Shown one piece after another: positions 29,078-38,468 of a stretch of 64,000 nt of DNA. The translations under genes and the position numbers were made by a program. The first letter of the stretch is position 1. Each line of letters opens with the position of its first letter. The notes beneath the pieces were generated by a model. That model worked only from the letters and a program-made list of their open reading frames with translations, was not told the origin of the DNA and ran no database searches. The DNA lies in the IMG/VR virus record IMGVR_UViG_3300040751_002535. The stretch is one strand, 5' to 3'. This stretch comes from a virus.

Positions 29078-29324
29078 TTGCTGCTATTCTATCAATGTTG
29101 GGCTTAACTCCAAGTGCATAACTTAACAGTGCATCTATCTTAACTAGGTCGTTGTTCATAGTTTGCACACGATTGTCAAGCGAGCCAATAATGCCGTTGA
29201 GTGTTTTTACACTGTCTTCAACACCGCTTAATATAAATCTAAGTGTTAAGAAAACAAAGTAGCCGGCAGCTAATGCTCCTGCAATAGGAAATCCTACTTC
29301 GCTTGCTAAAGTTAAAAAATCCAT
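29046..29324 (-). CDS. Small membrane protein, GFP-motif (YvrJ/holin-like)
   Basis: VGFPIAGA TM and LDNRVQTMNNDLVKI; ATG 29324 preferred over the track start 29339. Confidence 0.65.
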   Translation of the reverse strand: MDFLTLASEVGFPIAGALAAGYFVFLTLRFILSGVEDSVKTLNGIIGSLDNRVQTMNNDLVKIDALLSYALGVKPNIDRIAANEGKDDARRD

Positions 29325-29363
29325 AAAGTGCGCCCTCACGCTCTGCTATTACACATGTATTTA

Positions 29364-30287
29364 TTAAAAAGGACCCAAAGAGTTTGTCGGCATTATGAAA
29401 TCAACATCGAGTATTTTTAATATATCTTTAACGTCTTTTAGTGTTAACAACGGCTCAACACCGCTGTGAAATCCTGAAATTGGACAGGGCTTTACGCCGT
29501 CATTGTACTCTTTGATTATAGTATGTGCTATCTGCTTGGGCGTTTGTTTTTCCTTCAATAGCTGATGTCTCCATATAGTTGAATATGTGATCGGCTCATC
29601 TGGGTCAGTTGATCGTTGTCTTAATTTAAGTTCAAATAAATCATAAAGAATAAACTCAGCTGGACTTGTTTCGGGTAATAGTGCAGTTTCAGCAAACCAA
29701 CAGTAAAAGTTTATATCACTTTTAAAATATTTTACCAAACGTTTTGCAACATGGGTTTTAAATATATAGGGTGTGACATTTGGTCTTAGTTTTAGATGAT
29801 GTCCAGGATATATCAATCCTAGTCGTTCACAACTGAGCTTTGTCCATTCAGTTACACCTTTGAGGGTCCAGTTTCCGTGAGCATTGCAAGACGGCGTATC
29901 ATCAATGTTATAAGGACGAAAGAAAAAGTTTTTACTATCTAGTATTAAATATTCTTCTGTTTTTATAACAGAATGTCCTAATATTTTCAACATCTGTTGT
30001 CCGACCCAACCACCTAGTTCTAGTTCATAATCCAAGTGCTGAGGAATATTTTTAGGCCAGAACTTACTAGCAGGATATGTAACCACACTAAACTTGTAAA
30101 GCAAAGTCTCATTAATATTAGTGTTAAACCATTCTAACCATTCATTGTATTTTTTGTCACTTTCATTGTGAACAATCACTATACGACATGGCTCTAAAAA
30201 TGCACTAATACTACGGCACATCATTTCAAACTTCCATTTGTCGTGTTGGCATGTAACTACAAATAATGTTCTTTTCAAGGTTGACAT
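29364..30287 (-). CDS. Putative GT-A-fold glycosyltransferase-like protein
   Basis: GWVGQQMLK and YLILDSKNFF motifs. Confidence 0.55.
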   Translation of the reverse strand: MSTLKRTLFVVTCQHDKWKFEMMCRSISAFLEPCRIVIVHNESDKKYNEWLEWFNTNINETLLYKFSVVTYPASKFWPKNIPQHLDYELELGGWVGQQMLKILGHSVIKTEEYLILDSKNFFFRPYNIDDTPSCNAHGNWTLKGVTEWTKLSCERLGLIYPGHHLKLRPNVTPYIFKTHVAKRLVKYFKSDINFYCWFAETALLPETSPAEFILYDLFELKLRQRSTDPDEPITYSTIWRHQLLKEKQTPKQIAHTIIKEYNDGVKPCPISGFHSGVEPLLTLKDVKDILKILDVDFIMPTNSLGPF

Positions 30288-30309
30288 TCCTTTTAACTTG
30301 TTGTATATT
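30281..30309 (+). promoter_or_regulatory. Sigma70-like promoter
   Basis: TTGACA-N17-TATATT. Confidence 0.7.
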
Positions 30310-30339
30310 TAACTAAAGGCAATCAGGAGGAATCAAAGA

Positions 30340-31065
30340 ATGGCAACTACAGAAGAAAAAACAGAACTAGTTGAAACACTCAAAGGCCCACGCTATTATC
30401 GTATCCGACTTTGGGGATATGGCGGCGAAGCTGCCTACATGAATATTAACAAAGAAACATATGATTTTTGGAAGCCAGTCACAGAAGAACACGGTGACAG
30501 TGATCTTGTAAATTATGCAGTCAATGACGACCCAGAAGATTATGATTTTGATAATATTGAAGTAGTTCCGCCTGAGGCAGACTTCCTCACTGAAGAAGAT
30601 TACAAATATCCGTGGTACGAAGCACCAGGCGAGTTTTGTCATCAGAACGGTGTGGAGTTTGGATCCGCTCGCATAGATGTAGAAGAAGTTGACAGCGATG
30701 ATTACATGTCAAATCATGTTGCCGAAGTAGTAGAAGGTGGCGACCTCAACGAACTGCTTGACAAAGTTGAGGAAGAATCAAACTTCGAGATTGAACCAAA
30801 AGACTGGGGCGAAGCAGAACTGTATAGCAAAGAAGGCGATTATGTTATGCAGTTTTACAGCAGTGAAAAAGGCACGTTCTTTGATGGCATTATTGAAACT
30901 GTCGGCGAGTTTGATATTAAAAAACTAAAAGCAGTAATCAATGAGTACCCTAACGGTGAAGACATTGTAGATGGATTGTTGTATGACGGTGTTGATATTG
31001 AAAATCAAGGCGGCGACACTAATGGAAAAGGTTACTATGCAAGTGTTTGGAGTAATGTGAAATGA
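30340..31065 (+). CDS. Highly acidic hypothetical protein
   Basis: D/E-rich throughout; strong SD AGGAGG. Confidence 0.7.
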   Translation: MATTEEKTELVETLKGPRYYRIRLWGYGGEAAYMNINKETYDFWKPVTEEHGDSDLVNYAVNDDPEDYDFDNIEVVPPEADFLTEEDYKYPWYEAPGEFCHQNGVEFGSARIDVEEVDSDDYMSNHVAEVVEGGDLNELLDKVEEESNFEIEPKDWGEAELYSKEGDYVMQFYSSEKGTFFDGIIETVGEFDIKKLKAVINEYPNGEDIVDGLLYDGVDIENQGGDTNGKGYYASVWSNVK

Positions 31066-31277
31066 ATAATTTTGAAAAGCCAGCAAAGATTGACTGGAGT
31101 CTACACGCTACTATCAATCAACCCTATCGCACACATTCTTTGTTATGGGAACAAATAGATTCGATTGCAATCATTGATACTCAAGATCAACTTGAAGAGT
31201 CTATCCGGAATATGGACGAGTTTCCTGATGCAGTTGAAATGTTAAATACTATTGGAGTTAAAACTAATGGTAAATAG
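31062..31277 (+). CDS. Hypothetical protein
   Basis: ATGA overlap. Confidence 0.55.
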   Translation: MNNFEKPAKIDWSLHATINQPYRTHSLLWEQIDSIAIIDTQDQLEESIRNMDEFPDAVEMLNTIGVKTNGK

Positions 31278-31455
31278 ACTAACATACAACGCAGATGAAA
31301 TATTTCAAGACATTGACGGAGATCCGGACAATGTGAATATGACAATACCACCTGAGATTATGGAATCTCAAGGATGGAAAGAAGGAGACACATTGAAGTT
31401 TGTGATAGAGAACGGTACAATCGTTATTACTAAGGTAGATAATGGCGAAAAGTGA
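31267..31455 (+). CDS. AbrB/MazE-like swapped-hairpin protein
   Basis: [21 protein letters not shown] pattern. Confidence 0.6.
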   Translation: MVNRLTYNADEIFQDIDGDPDNVNMTIPPEIMESQGWKEGDTLKFVIENGTIVITKVDNGEK

Positions 31456-31660
31456 TGACACAATAGAAGTAGAAGGTAGTATTATAGATGTACTACCAAA
31501 CCAGATGTTTAAAGTAGAACTTGAAAATGGACATATTGTAACTTGTTATACAGGTGGCAAAATGCGGCGCTTTAGGATTAGACTAGTTCTAGGCGACAAG
31601 GTAAAGATTGAAATGACACCATACGATCTAGACAAAGGTCGAATCACATTTAGAATCTAG
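31442..31660 (+). CDS. infA: Translation initiation factor IF-1
   Basis: [12 protein letters not shown]...[14 protein letters not shown]...GKMR...[13 protein letters not shown]. Confidence 0.96.
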   Translation: MAKSDDTIEVEGSIIDVLPNQMFKVELENGHIVTCYTGGKMRRFRIRLVLGDKVKIEMTPYDLDKGRITFRI

Positions 31661-31661
31661 G

Positions 31662-31690
31662 TTGACAAGCGTCCGGTGATGTGTTATATT
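31662..31690 (+). promoter_or_regulatory. Sigma70-like promoter
   Basis: TTGACA-N17-TATATT. Confidence 0.7.
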
Positions 31691-31721
31691 ATATATAAGT
31701 TAACAAACTTAGGGCAATACT

Positions 31722-32153
31722 ATGATAACAGTAACAGGCGGCAAACCCAAGCAACGTAGATATGTAGAGAGTATGGTACAGTTTTGTATCGATACTCTAA
31801 TGCCACGTATGCGTACACTCGAAATAGAAGTAAAACTATGCTCACCAAAAGGTGCCATGGGCTACTGCTTAGAACTTGACACTAATAGAGAGTTTGAGAT
31901 TGAAGTTGATCGCACATTGTCTTATCGTAAAATGCTAGAAACTGTAGCACACGAAATGGTGCATGTAAAACAGTATGCAAGACGTGAACTGCATCCTTCT
32001 AGACACACTTGGTGTGGTAAAACATACAATCCTGAGAAAGTAAGCTACTGGGATCTTCCTTGGGAGATCGAAGCACACGGACGAGAAACTGGATTGTTTG
32101 TACGCTGGGCAGAAAAAGAACGTGTTGCTCACTTAAAATGGACACAACTATAG
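31722..32153 (+). CDS. Zincin-like metallopeptidase-domain protein
   Basis: AHEMVHVKQ (HExxH) and PWEIEA. Confidence 0.75.
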   Translation: MITVTGGKPKQRRYVESMVQFCIDTLMPRMRTLEIEVKLCSPKGAMGYCLELDTNREFEIEVDRTLSYRKMLETVAHEMVHVKQYARRELHPSRHTWCGKTYNPEKVSYWDLPWEIEAHGRETGLFVRWAEKERVAHLKWTQL

Positions 32154-32211
32154 GTTGACGTTAAATCAAAATACACTATATTAATACTAAGGCAAAACAG
32201 AAAGGTACCAC

Positions 32212-32718
32212 ATGTCACAACGTGTAAACAACTTTAAAGGCGGCATCCAATCAGGTACAACTGCATTAGATGCAGATAGTTCCAAACTTGATAAACAACT
32301 TAAAGAATCTAGAGATAATATTCGAGTACCTGATCTTAAGATGATCAAACAGTTTTCTTATGAAGATAAAATAAAATATGTTGGCGACAACTGTTTTGGA
32401 TTTGCACCAGATGGCGGCGCATGGTTCAAAGGCGACAAACTAGTAGCAGTATTTGAAGCCAAGAAACAAGGACTTGGCGGCAATGCATACGAACGTTGGT
32501 GGGACAATGCTTGTACAGCAAAACATATTAATCCAGATGTAGTATATGTAACATTTTGCAGCGGCCCGGGCTCTGCACAAGGACAATGTTTAGATAATCT
32601 CCGGCGCAAAGCAAACATTATGTTAGGCGAAAACTTCAAGTTTTATATGTCACCCGAAGGCTTTACATTTGATCAAGTTAGTGCTATAATGCAAGAAACA
32701 TTGGAAGGAACGTTATGA
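32212..32718 (+). CDS. EcoRI/MunI-like PD-(D/E)xK restriction endonuclease
   Basis: FAPDGG, FEAKKQG and GNAYER parallel EcoRI PDGG, EAKHQG and GNAIER. Confidence 0.65.
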   Translation: MSQRVNNFKGGIQSGTTALDADSSKLDKQLKESRDNIRVPDLKMIKQFSYEDKIKYVGDNCFGFAPDGGAWFKGDKLVAVFEAKKQGLGGNAYERWWDNACTAKHINPDVVYVTFCSGPGSAQGQCLDNLRRKANIMLGENFKFYMSPEGFTFDQVSAIMQETLEGTL

Positions 32719-33653
32719 AACCATTATACATGTGGGCAGGCGGAAAAAACAAAATGATACCCAAATATTTGGATAACCCAGGTATTCCAACTAGTGGCTA
32801 CGACACATTTGTTGAGCCATTTTTTGGTGGCGGAGCAATGACTATTTGGGTATATGAAAACTGTCCGGATGTAAAAAGGTTTGTTATCAATGATGTTAAA
32901 GAAGAACTAGTTGGTATTTACAACGCTATTAAAAATGATGTTGATAACTTTATTAAACGTATGGATGCACTCGAAGCACAATATATTCCTTTAGATAAAG
33001 CCAAACGCAAAGAATGGTTTTACAATCTTCGTACACCATATGCAACCAATGTACACAACTGGACTACTACAGAAGAAAGTGCTACACTTTACTTCCTAAT
33101 GAAAACAGCATTTAATGGTATTTGGCAAACTACCAAACGTGCAAATGGTAGATTTGATACACCATTTGGATTAGGTAATCAAAAGACAACAGTGTATGAC
33201 AAAGAAAATGTAATAGAATGGCATACATTTTTACAGAAAGTAGATGTTTATTGTGGAGACTGGAAAGTGGCAAGCGATGCAGTAGCAGGCGAACGTGCGT
33301 TTTTCTTTTATGATCCGCCATATAGAGATAGCTTTACAAGTTATGGTGAAGGATTTACAGATGCAGATCATCAAACTTTAATCGAGTATTGTGTACAAAA
33401 AGATCTACAAGGCGATATTGTATTTTATTGTAATAGAGATGATGCACAAGACGGATTCTTTGATACACACAAAGCACATTTGAACGATAGTTACTTTGAT
33501 ATAAAATATACAGCTGGACGTAGAGCTACTGAAAAAGACGAAGATGGCAACGACACTCGTACAGCAAAAGCAGCCAAAGAGATACTATTGCATTCAACAA
33601 TAGTAAAATCTGCTGATGTATTTGCCAATGGATTATGTGAAGTAGTTGGTTGA
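32715..33653 (+). CDS. D12-class (Dam-like) DNA N6-adenine methyltransferase
   Basis: WAGGK, EPFFGGG, INDV, FNG and YDPPY motifs. Confidence 0.9.
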   Translation: MKPLYMWAGGKNKMIPKYLDNPGIPTSGYDTFVEPFFGGGAMTIWVYENCPDVKRFVINDVKEELVGIYNAIKNDVDNFIKRMDALEAQYIPLDKAKRKEWFYNLRTPYATNVHNWTTTEESATLYFLMKTAFNGIWQTTKRANGRFDTPFGLGNQKTTVYDKENVIEWHTFLQKVDVYCGDWKVASDAVAGERAFFFYDPPYRDSFTSYGEGFTDADHQTLIEYCVQKDLQGDIVFYCNRDDAQDGFFDTHKAHLNDSYFDIKYTAGRRATEKDEDGNDTRTAKAAKEILLHSTIVKSADVFANGLCEVVG

Positions 33654-33678
33654 CAAGTGTGTGCCTGTATGCTATAAA
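33650..33678 (+). promoter_or_regulatory. Sigma70-like promoter
   Basis: TTGACA-N17-TATAAA with extended TG. Confidence 0.7.
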
Positions 33679-33710
33679 AGTGTATAGGCACAAACACACA
33701 GAGGCACACC

Positions 33711-34457
33711 ATGTTCGCAGAAGTTAAAAACGGATACGTACACAAGGACGCAGTTCCAATGAAAACTGTTAAACTTACAGAAGCACTTGCTGTCGCATAT
33801 GCAGCTTACCGTATCAACAACAACACTTATACCAAAGACACTCGTCGCTTTAGCTGTGACGAAAACAAGACACAGTTTGACAACAAGAGTCTTGTGCGTT
33901 ACTATTGGGAAAAGAAGCTGGATACCGCAGACGCAAAGTATCTTCCTACAGACTTTGAAATGTTCGAACCTACTGAAGAAGACTATGCAAGTGTGCAAGA
34001 AGCACTCAAGTGGATGAAACGTTATGTGATGCTTGGACTAGGCGAGCTAGACAGCTTCAAAGCAGACATGGTAAAAGAACTGTCGCAAGATGAAGTGCCA
34101 TTCAAAGGCATGGGTCGTATTGCTTTTGCTCCAGAGTTTATTGCTCGCGATCAACACGAAAGCAATCTTAAGAAAGAGATCCGTGTAGAGTATCGCGACA
34201 GCAAACATCTAGGTGCAGAGAAAGATAGTGTAGAAGCAGTGATTGCTATCCTTGACAAGCGTTACAGCGCACAGTGGGAGAGCTACAACTACACTGCGGT
34301 TACTACAGAAGGTAACCTAGTGAGCTTTATGAACAAGTTTGCATACGATGTAGGTGCTATGCTACGTTGTAAGGCTAAGGTAAAAGCACAGACTAAGAAC
34401 AAGTTGTTCGAAGCAAACGAAACTCGTCTAAACTATGTAAGACTCTATAAGGTATAA
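33711..34457 (+). CDS. Hypothetical protein with possible C-terminal OB-fold
   Basis: Beta-rich C-terminus ending ETRLNYVR. Confidence 0.6.
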   Translation: MFAEVKNGYVHKDAVPMKTVKLTEALAVAYAAYRINNNTYTKDTRRFSCDENKTQFDNKSLVRYYWEKKLDTADAKYLPTDFEMFEPTEEDYASVQEALKWMKRYVMLGLGELDSFKADMVKELSQDEVPFKGMGRIAFAPEFIARDQHESNLKKEIRVEYRDSKHLGAEKDSVEAVIAILDKRYSAQWESYNYTAVTTEGNLVSFMNKFAYDVGAMLRCKAKVKAQTKNKLFEANETRLNYVRLYKV

Positions 34458-34478
34458 AAATATGAAGGACGATTACTA

Positions 34479-34691
34479 ATGGATTTTTTTACAGCGGCAC
34501 ACGGTATTCTATTACTAACAGCAGTGGTTTTTACTGTATTCGGTGCCTACGTTGGTCGTAGATCTCAAACAGAAGAGATTGTAGAAGCTACACTTGATAG
34601 CTTGATCGAAGATGGTTATATTAAAACAGAAGGCCGCGGTGCCAACATGGAAATCATTAGATGGCAAGAATGGTGCAACAAAAATGATTAA
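34479..34691 (+). CDS. Small membrane protein
   Basis: N-terminal TM; SD AAGGA. Confidence 0.55.
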   Translation: MDFFTAAHGILLLTAVVFTVFGAYVGRRSQTEEIVEATLDSLIEDGYIKTEGRGANMEIIRWQEWCNKND

Positions 34692-35280
34692 ACTGCAAGG
34701 TAAACTTCCTCGTAGGGTGTATCTAGCCTGTAGTGGTGGTGTTGACAGCATGGCTGCACTAGACTTTCTAAGACGCAATCACGATGTACATGTACTACAT
34801 TTTGATCACGGAACCGAACATGGTCGACAAGCAAAGGAGTTTGTAGAACAATACTGTATGCGTAGAGGTATTCCTATTACCACAGGCGAAATACATGGTA
34901 CAGTACCTCCGGGTCCTAGCAGAGAAGAATGGTGGAGAGAACAGCGTTATGCTTTCCTCGACAAGTTTTCTGGAAACACCATTATTACTTGTCATCACTT
35001 GGATGATTGTGTGGAAACTTGGGTGTGGAGCAGTATGCATGGCACAGGCAAATGGATCCCGTATCGTCGAAACTATGTAGTACGACCGTTTCGTCTCACT
35101 CGCAAAAGAGATTTAGAAATGTGGTGTCGTTTAAACAATGTACCGTGGATTGAGGATGACAGTAATGAAGATATCCATTATACTCGTAACTATATTCGAC
35201 ATGAAATGATGCCAAACGTATTAAGAGTTAATCCAGGTATTCATAAAACTATTGCAAAAAAGGTTAAGGAAGATGAGTAA
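34684..35280 (+). CDS. tilS: TilS-like PP-loop ATPase (tRNA-Ile lysidine synthase, catalytic domain only)
   Basis: ACSGGVDSM, HHLDD..ET, RPF and DDSN...YTRNYIR; ATG 34684 preferred over the track start 34612. Confidence 0.85.
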   Translation: MIKLQGKLPRRVYLACSGGVDSMAALDFLRRNHDVHVLHFDHGTEHGRQAKEFVEQYCMRRGIPITTGEIHGTVPPGPSREEWWREQRYAFLDKFSGNTIITCHHLDDCVETWVWSSMHGTGKWIPYRRNYVVRPFRLTRKRDLEMWCRLNNVPWIEDDSNEDIHYTRNYIRHEMMPNVLRVNPGIHKTIAKKVKEDE

Positions 35281-35283
35281 AAG

Positions 35284-35490
35284 TTGTGGAGAAGAAGCGT
35301 GTACGCAGTAATGGTATGTCTTGACGGCAAAGATGATTGGATTTATGTTACGAAACAAACAGAGCATTGCTGGGACTTACAGCCCGAACTGTTTGAAGAT
35401 GCACATGAAGCAATGGAGTTTGCACAAAGATTTCAACTCCCAGATAAACCTGAAAACGTAATGGTGGTAGATTATTATGAAGATCCATAA
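35284..35490 (+). CDS. Hypothetical protein
   Basis: ORF in the operon; start uncertain. Confidence 0.5.
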   Translation: MWRRSVYAVMVCLDGKDDWIYVTKQTEHCWDLQPELFEDAHEAMEFAQRFQLPDKPENVMVVDYYEDP

Positions 35491-35538
35491 GGTTATCGCA
35501 AACGAGTAAATACAAGTCATAACATAGGGAGTACTAAT

Positions 35539-35748
35539 ATGGCACGACATGACTATATGGGCTTTTCAGAAACGCTCGAAGAAGACGACTATGGACTTAT
35601 TATAGACAAGAATGGAAATATAAAAGGCATCTGGGTGCCAAAACATTTGGAAGATGTAGAACAGCTTCCTTCAAGTATTGTACATGCTTGTAAACTTTAT
35701 TTTGATGTTGACCCAAATGACGAAAGCAACTATCAAACATTACATTAG
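35539..35748 (+). CDS. Hypothetical protein
   Basis: TAAATA upstream; SD GGGAG. Confidence 0.55.
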   Translation: MARHDYMGFSETLEEDDYGLIIDKNGNIKGIWVPKHLEDVEQLPSSIVHACKLYFDVDPNDESNYQTLH

Positions 35749-35756
35749 AGGTTTTA

Positions 35757-35996
35757 ATGACACCACAAGAAATAGCTGAATACAAACAGCGTTGGATGAG
35801 CACAGGAAATACCAATCCTGTGCGACTTCACAGTGACTTGGATACACAAGGTAAAACTTGGTGTAGAAGGAACTTGGAGAGACATCAATGGAGCATGACA
35901 ACATGGACAGATGTTTACGAACATACTTTCTTTTTTGAAAGCAAAGAACATGCATTACAGTTCGAACAACAATGGCCAAGATTTATCAATCAATAG
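35757..35996 (+). CDS. Hypothetical protein
   Basis: SD GAGG. Confidence 0.6.
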   Translation: MTPQEIAEYKQRWMSTGNTNPVRLHSDLDTQGKTWCRRNLERHQWSMTTWTDVYEHTFFFESKEHALQFEQQWPRFINQ

Positions 35997-36025
35997 TTGA
36001 CAAATATAAAAATAAAAGTTATAAT
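35997..36025 (+). promoter_or_regulatory. Consensus sigma70-like promoter
   Basis: TTGACA-N17-TATAAT. Confidence 0.75.
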
Positions 36026-36054
36026 GATTAGTAATAACAAGGAGTGCATTCCAT

Positions 36055-36342
36055 ATGGAAGAAAACTTAACTAAGACAGAAGCAGTCGGTAGATTAATCA
36101 GCTTGGCCAAAGAAGTTGAGATTAGAGATCCTATTGACTGGAAGAGAATGAAGGTAACCGAAGAGCAAGTATTTGAAGTAATGGCAGCAAATGTCATTGA
36201 TCAACTTTTTAGTATACCAGAAGACCATCGAACAACAGTAGCAATGGCTACTATGACAAAGTTACTTGTAGAAAACTTTGTATTATCAACTAAACTAGCA
36301 GAAGAAAGAGAAAAAAATGCCATTAGTACCAATCGTAGTTGA
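36055..36342 (+). CDS. Hypothetical protein
   Basis: SD AAGGAG. Confidence 0.6.
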   Translation: MEENLTKTEAVGRLISLAKEVEIRDPIDWKRMKVTEEQVFEVMAANVIDQLFSIPEDHRTTVAMATMTKLLVENFVLSTKLAEEREKNAISTNRS

Positions 36343-36934
36343 ATCAGAAGCAAAAGGCGAACGTTCATACGACATTTACAGCCGTTTGATGAAAGACCGT
36401 ATTATTATGTTAAACGGTGTAGTAGAAGACAACATGGCTAACTTGATTGTAGCACAGATGTTGTATCTTGAAAGCGTTAATCCTGACAAAGACATTAACT
36501 TGTATATCAACTCGCCGGGCGGTGCCGTAACAGCAGGACTTGCTATTTACGACACTATGCAGTTTATCAAATGTGATGTGCGTACTATTGTAATGGGTCA
36601 GGCATGTAGTATGGGTAGTTTCCTTGCACAAGCAGGTACAGCAGGAAAACGTACTGTACTGCCAGAGTCACGCACAATGATCCATAGAGTGTCAAGTGGC
36701 ACACGAGGAACCAGCGGAAGTGTACACGTACAAGAACTACAGTTTGAAGATGCAAAACGAGCATACGAAGAGTCGCAAAAGATCAACAAGCGCCTTACAG
36801 AGCTTTATGTTAAGCATAACACCGCCGGTAAGCAGTACGACGAACTATTTGAAACTATGAAGTTTGATACATTCCTTACAGCACAAGAAGCTGTTGAACA
36901 CGGACTTGCTGATAAGGTAGTTGAGCATAGATGA
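36317..36934 (+). CDS. clpP: Clp protease proteolytic subunit
   Basis: [23 protein letters not shown] (Ser), MIH (His). Confidence 0.95.
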   Translation: MPLVPIVVESEAKGERSYDIYSRLMKDRIIMLNGVVEDNMANLIVAQMLYLESVNPDKDINLYINSPGGAVTAGLAIYDTMQFIKCDVRTIVMGQACSMGSFLAQAGTAGKRTVLPESRTMIHRVSSGTRGTSGSVHVQELQFEDAKRAYEESQKINKRLTELYVKHNTAGKQYDELFETMKFDTFLTAQEAVEHGLADKVVEHR

Positions 36935-37554
36935 AGTTTAGCTGTCCAATAGATTTTCATTTACCAACACAGAAGTTGCATGATATCTATTGGAATGAGT
37001 TTGGATACAAGCTCGATGACAGAACACTTTACAAAGACGACAAAAGAATAATGCCAGTGGTTACAGGATTTTTAATCACTGGCAAAGACATCAAATGGCC
37101 AGTGCAATCATTGTTGGATGCTCTTGATATTGAGTTACAAACTGCTAGACTATTTGTAACCAATCCACACTGTAAGTTACAGATACACAAAGATTGTTTA
37201 GCTCAATCAAAAGAACTTCGTTCGTGGGCTATTAATATTCCTATTGCAAACTGCGACTTGGGTATAAATGAATGGTTTGAAGATCACAACAACGACTTTG
37301 GTACAGAGCAGTTTGCACCAGGCGGCAGTTCTATAATGCCAGAATACTTTGACAACAACTACATTGTAAGTGAGTCAATGGTGTTAAATAGCATACAACT
37401 GATTAAAACAGATGTATTTCACAGAAGCAACAACACAGGCAATGATAACCGTAGAGTTGTTTTAAGTTTAAGAGGAAAGCCCGATGTAACTTGGGCAGAT
37501 ATATTGGAGAAAGTAAATGTCTACAACAGAAGACGTGCAGAAGACAATAGCTGA
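36931..37554 (+). CDS. Cupin/2OG-Fe(II) oxygenase-like protein
   Basis: HKD...H...RVVLSLR. Confidence 0.55.
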   Translation: MKFSCPIDFHLPTQKLHDIYWNEFGYKLDDRTLYKDDKRIMPVVTGFLITGKDIKWPVQSLLDALDIELQTARLFVTNPHCKLQIHKDCLAQSKELRSWAINIPIANCDLGINEWFEDHNNDFGTEQFAPGGSSIMPEYFDNNYIVSESMVLNSIQLIKTDVFHRSNNTGNDNRRVVLSLRGKPDVTWADILEKVNVYNRRRAEDNS

Positions 37555-37867
37555 TTTAAAAGGTGTGCCCACACGTCAAGAACTACTTGACCTATTAGGT
37601 GACGAAATAGTAAATGTAACATTTGACAAACTCAGCGGCGATGAGCGTACTATGAAGTGTACACTTATACCCAGCATGTTACCAGCAGCACAGCGTGAAG
37701 ACAAACTAAGTCAAACTAAGATACGCAACTTGGAAGACAAGGTGTTTGTGGTATGGGCTATAGATATTGAGCCTAATGCTTGGCGTAGCTTCCGTTATGA
37801 CAGGGTTAAAAAGGTTGAAGTTGATTTTCTGTTTGGCAACGGAACCGAGGATGGAGCAAACTACTAA
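37517..37867 (+). CDS. WYL_2/SH3-like beta-barrel protein
   Basis: VTFDKLSGDERTMKCTL...WRSFRYD. Confidence 0.7.
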   Translation: MSTTEDVQKTIADLKGVPTRQELLDLLGDEIVNVTFDKLSGDERTMKCTLIPSMLPAAQREDKLSQTKIRNLEDKVFVVWAIDIEPNAWRSFRYDRVKKVEVDFLFGNGTEDGANY

Positions 37868-38403
37868 TGTTAAATCCTGTAAAACTTGACTACGACTTTG
37901 ACGTATTTTTAAATGCCGACTACAGTGTACACGAAGGCAGTTGTATTGCACACCAAGTACATGAGCTACAGGATGTTCACGAAGAACACGGTGGCTTTCC
38001 AGACAGTTACGAACGCAGCAACACATTGATTAGACAGTTGTGGTTTGACGAAACGCAAGTGGACTACAAAGAGTTTGAACGCCAGTTGGGCATTGAAGTT
38101 GTAACAGTTAGCACAGTACTACAACCACCCGGTAATGTTATTCCTATTCACAGAGATACATTCTTCCAAATCAACAAACGTTATCCGGATGATACACGTT
38201 TAAAGGTTCGTGCTAATATGTACTTGCAAGATTGGAAAGTTGGACATCTTATACAATATCAAGAGCATGATAAAACTTGGCACAACAGCACACATTGGAG
38301 TGCAGGAGATGGATATATTTGGGATCACAACCATTTGCATCTAAGTGCCAATGCTGGAATGGCTGACAAATACACTCTACAAATCTCAGGTTTTTTAAAA
38401 TAA
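37867..38403 (+). CDS. Cupin/2OG-Fe(II) oxygenase-like protein
   Basis: PPGNVIPIHRD...HLSANAG...KYTLQISG. Confidence 0.6.
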   Translation: MLNPVKLDYDFDVFLNADYSVHEGSCIAHQVHELQDVHEEHGGFPDSYERSNTLIRQLWFDETQVDYKEFERQLGIEVVTVSTVLQPPGNVIPIHRDTFFQINKRYPDDTRLKVRANMYLQDWKVGHLIQYQEHDKTWHNSTHWSAGDGYIWDHNHLHLSANAGMADKYTLQISGFLK

Positions 38404-38407
38404 TAGG

Positions 38408-38436
38408 TTGACATCTTATTAAGAGTAATGTATATT
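38408..38436 (+). promoter_or_regulatory. Sigma70-like promoter
   Basis: TTGACA-N17-TATATT. Confidence 0.7.
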
Positions 38437-38468
38437 ATAAATATAGGCACACAGAGAAAGGCACTATC

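Noticed and set aside
32212-32718. Inferring the nuclease recognition site from site avoidance
   Set aside because: GAATTC, CAATTG and GATC all occur in the window, and a cognate MTase removes the need for avoidance; counts were not computed
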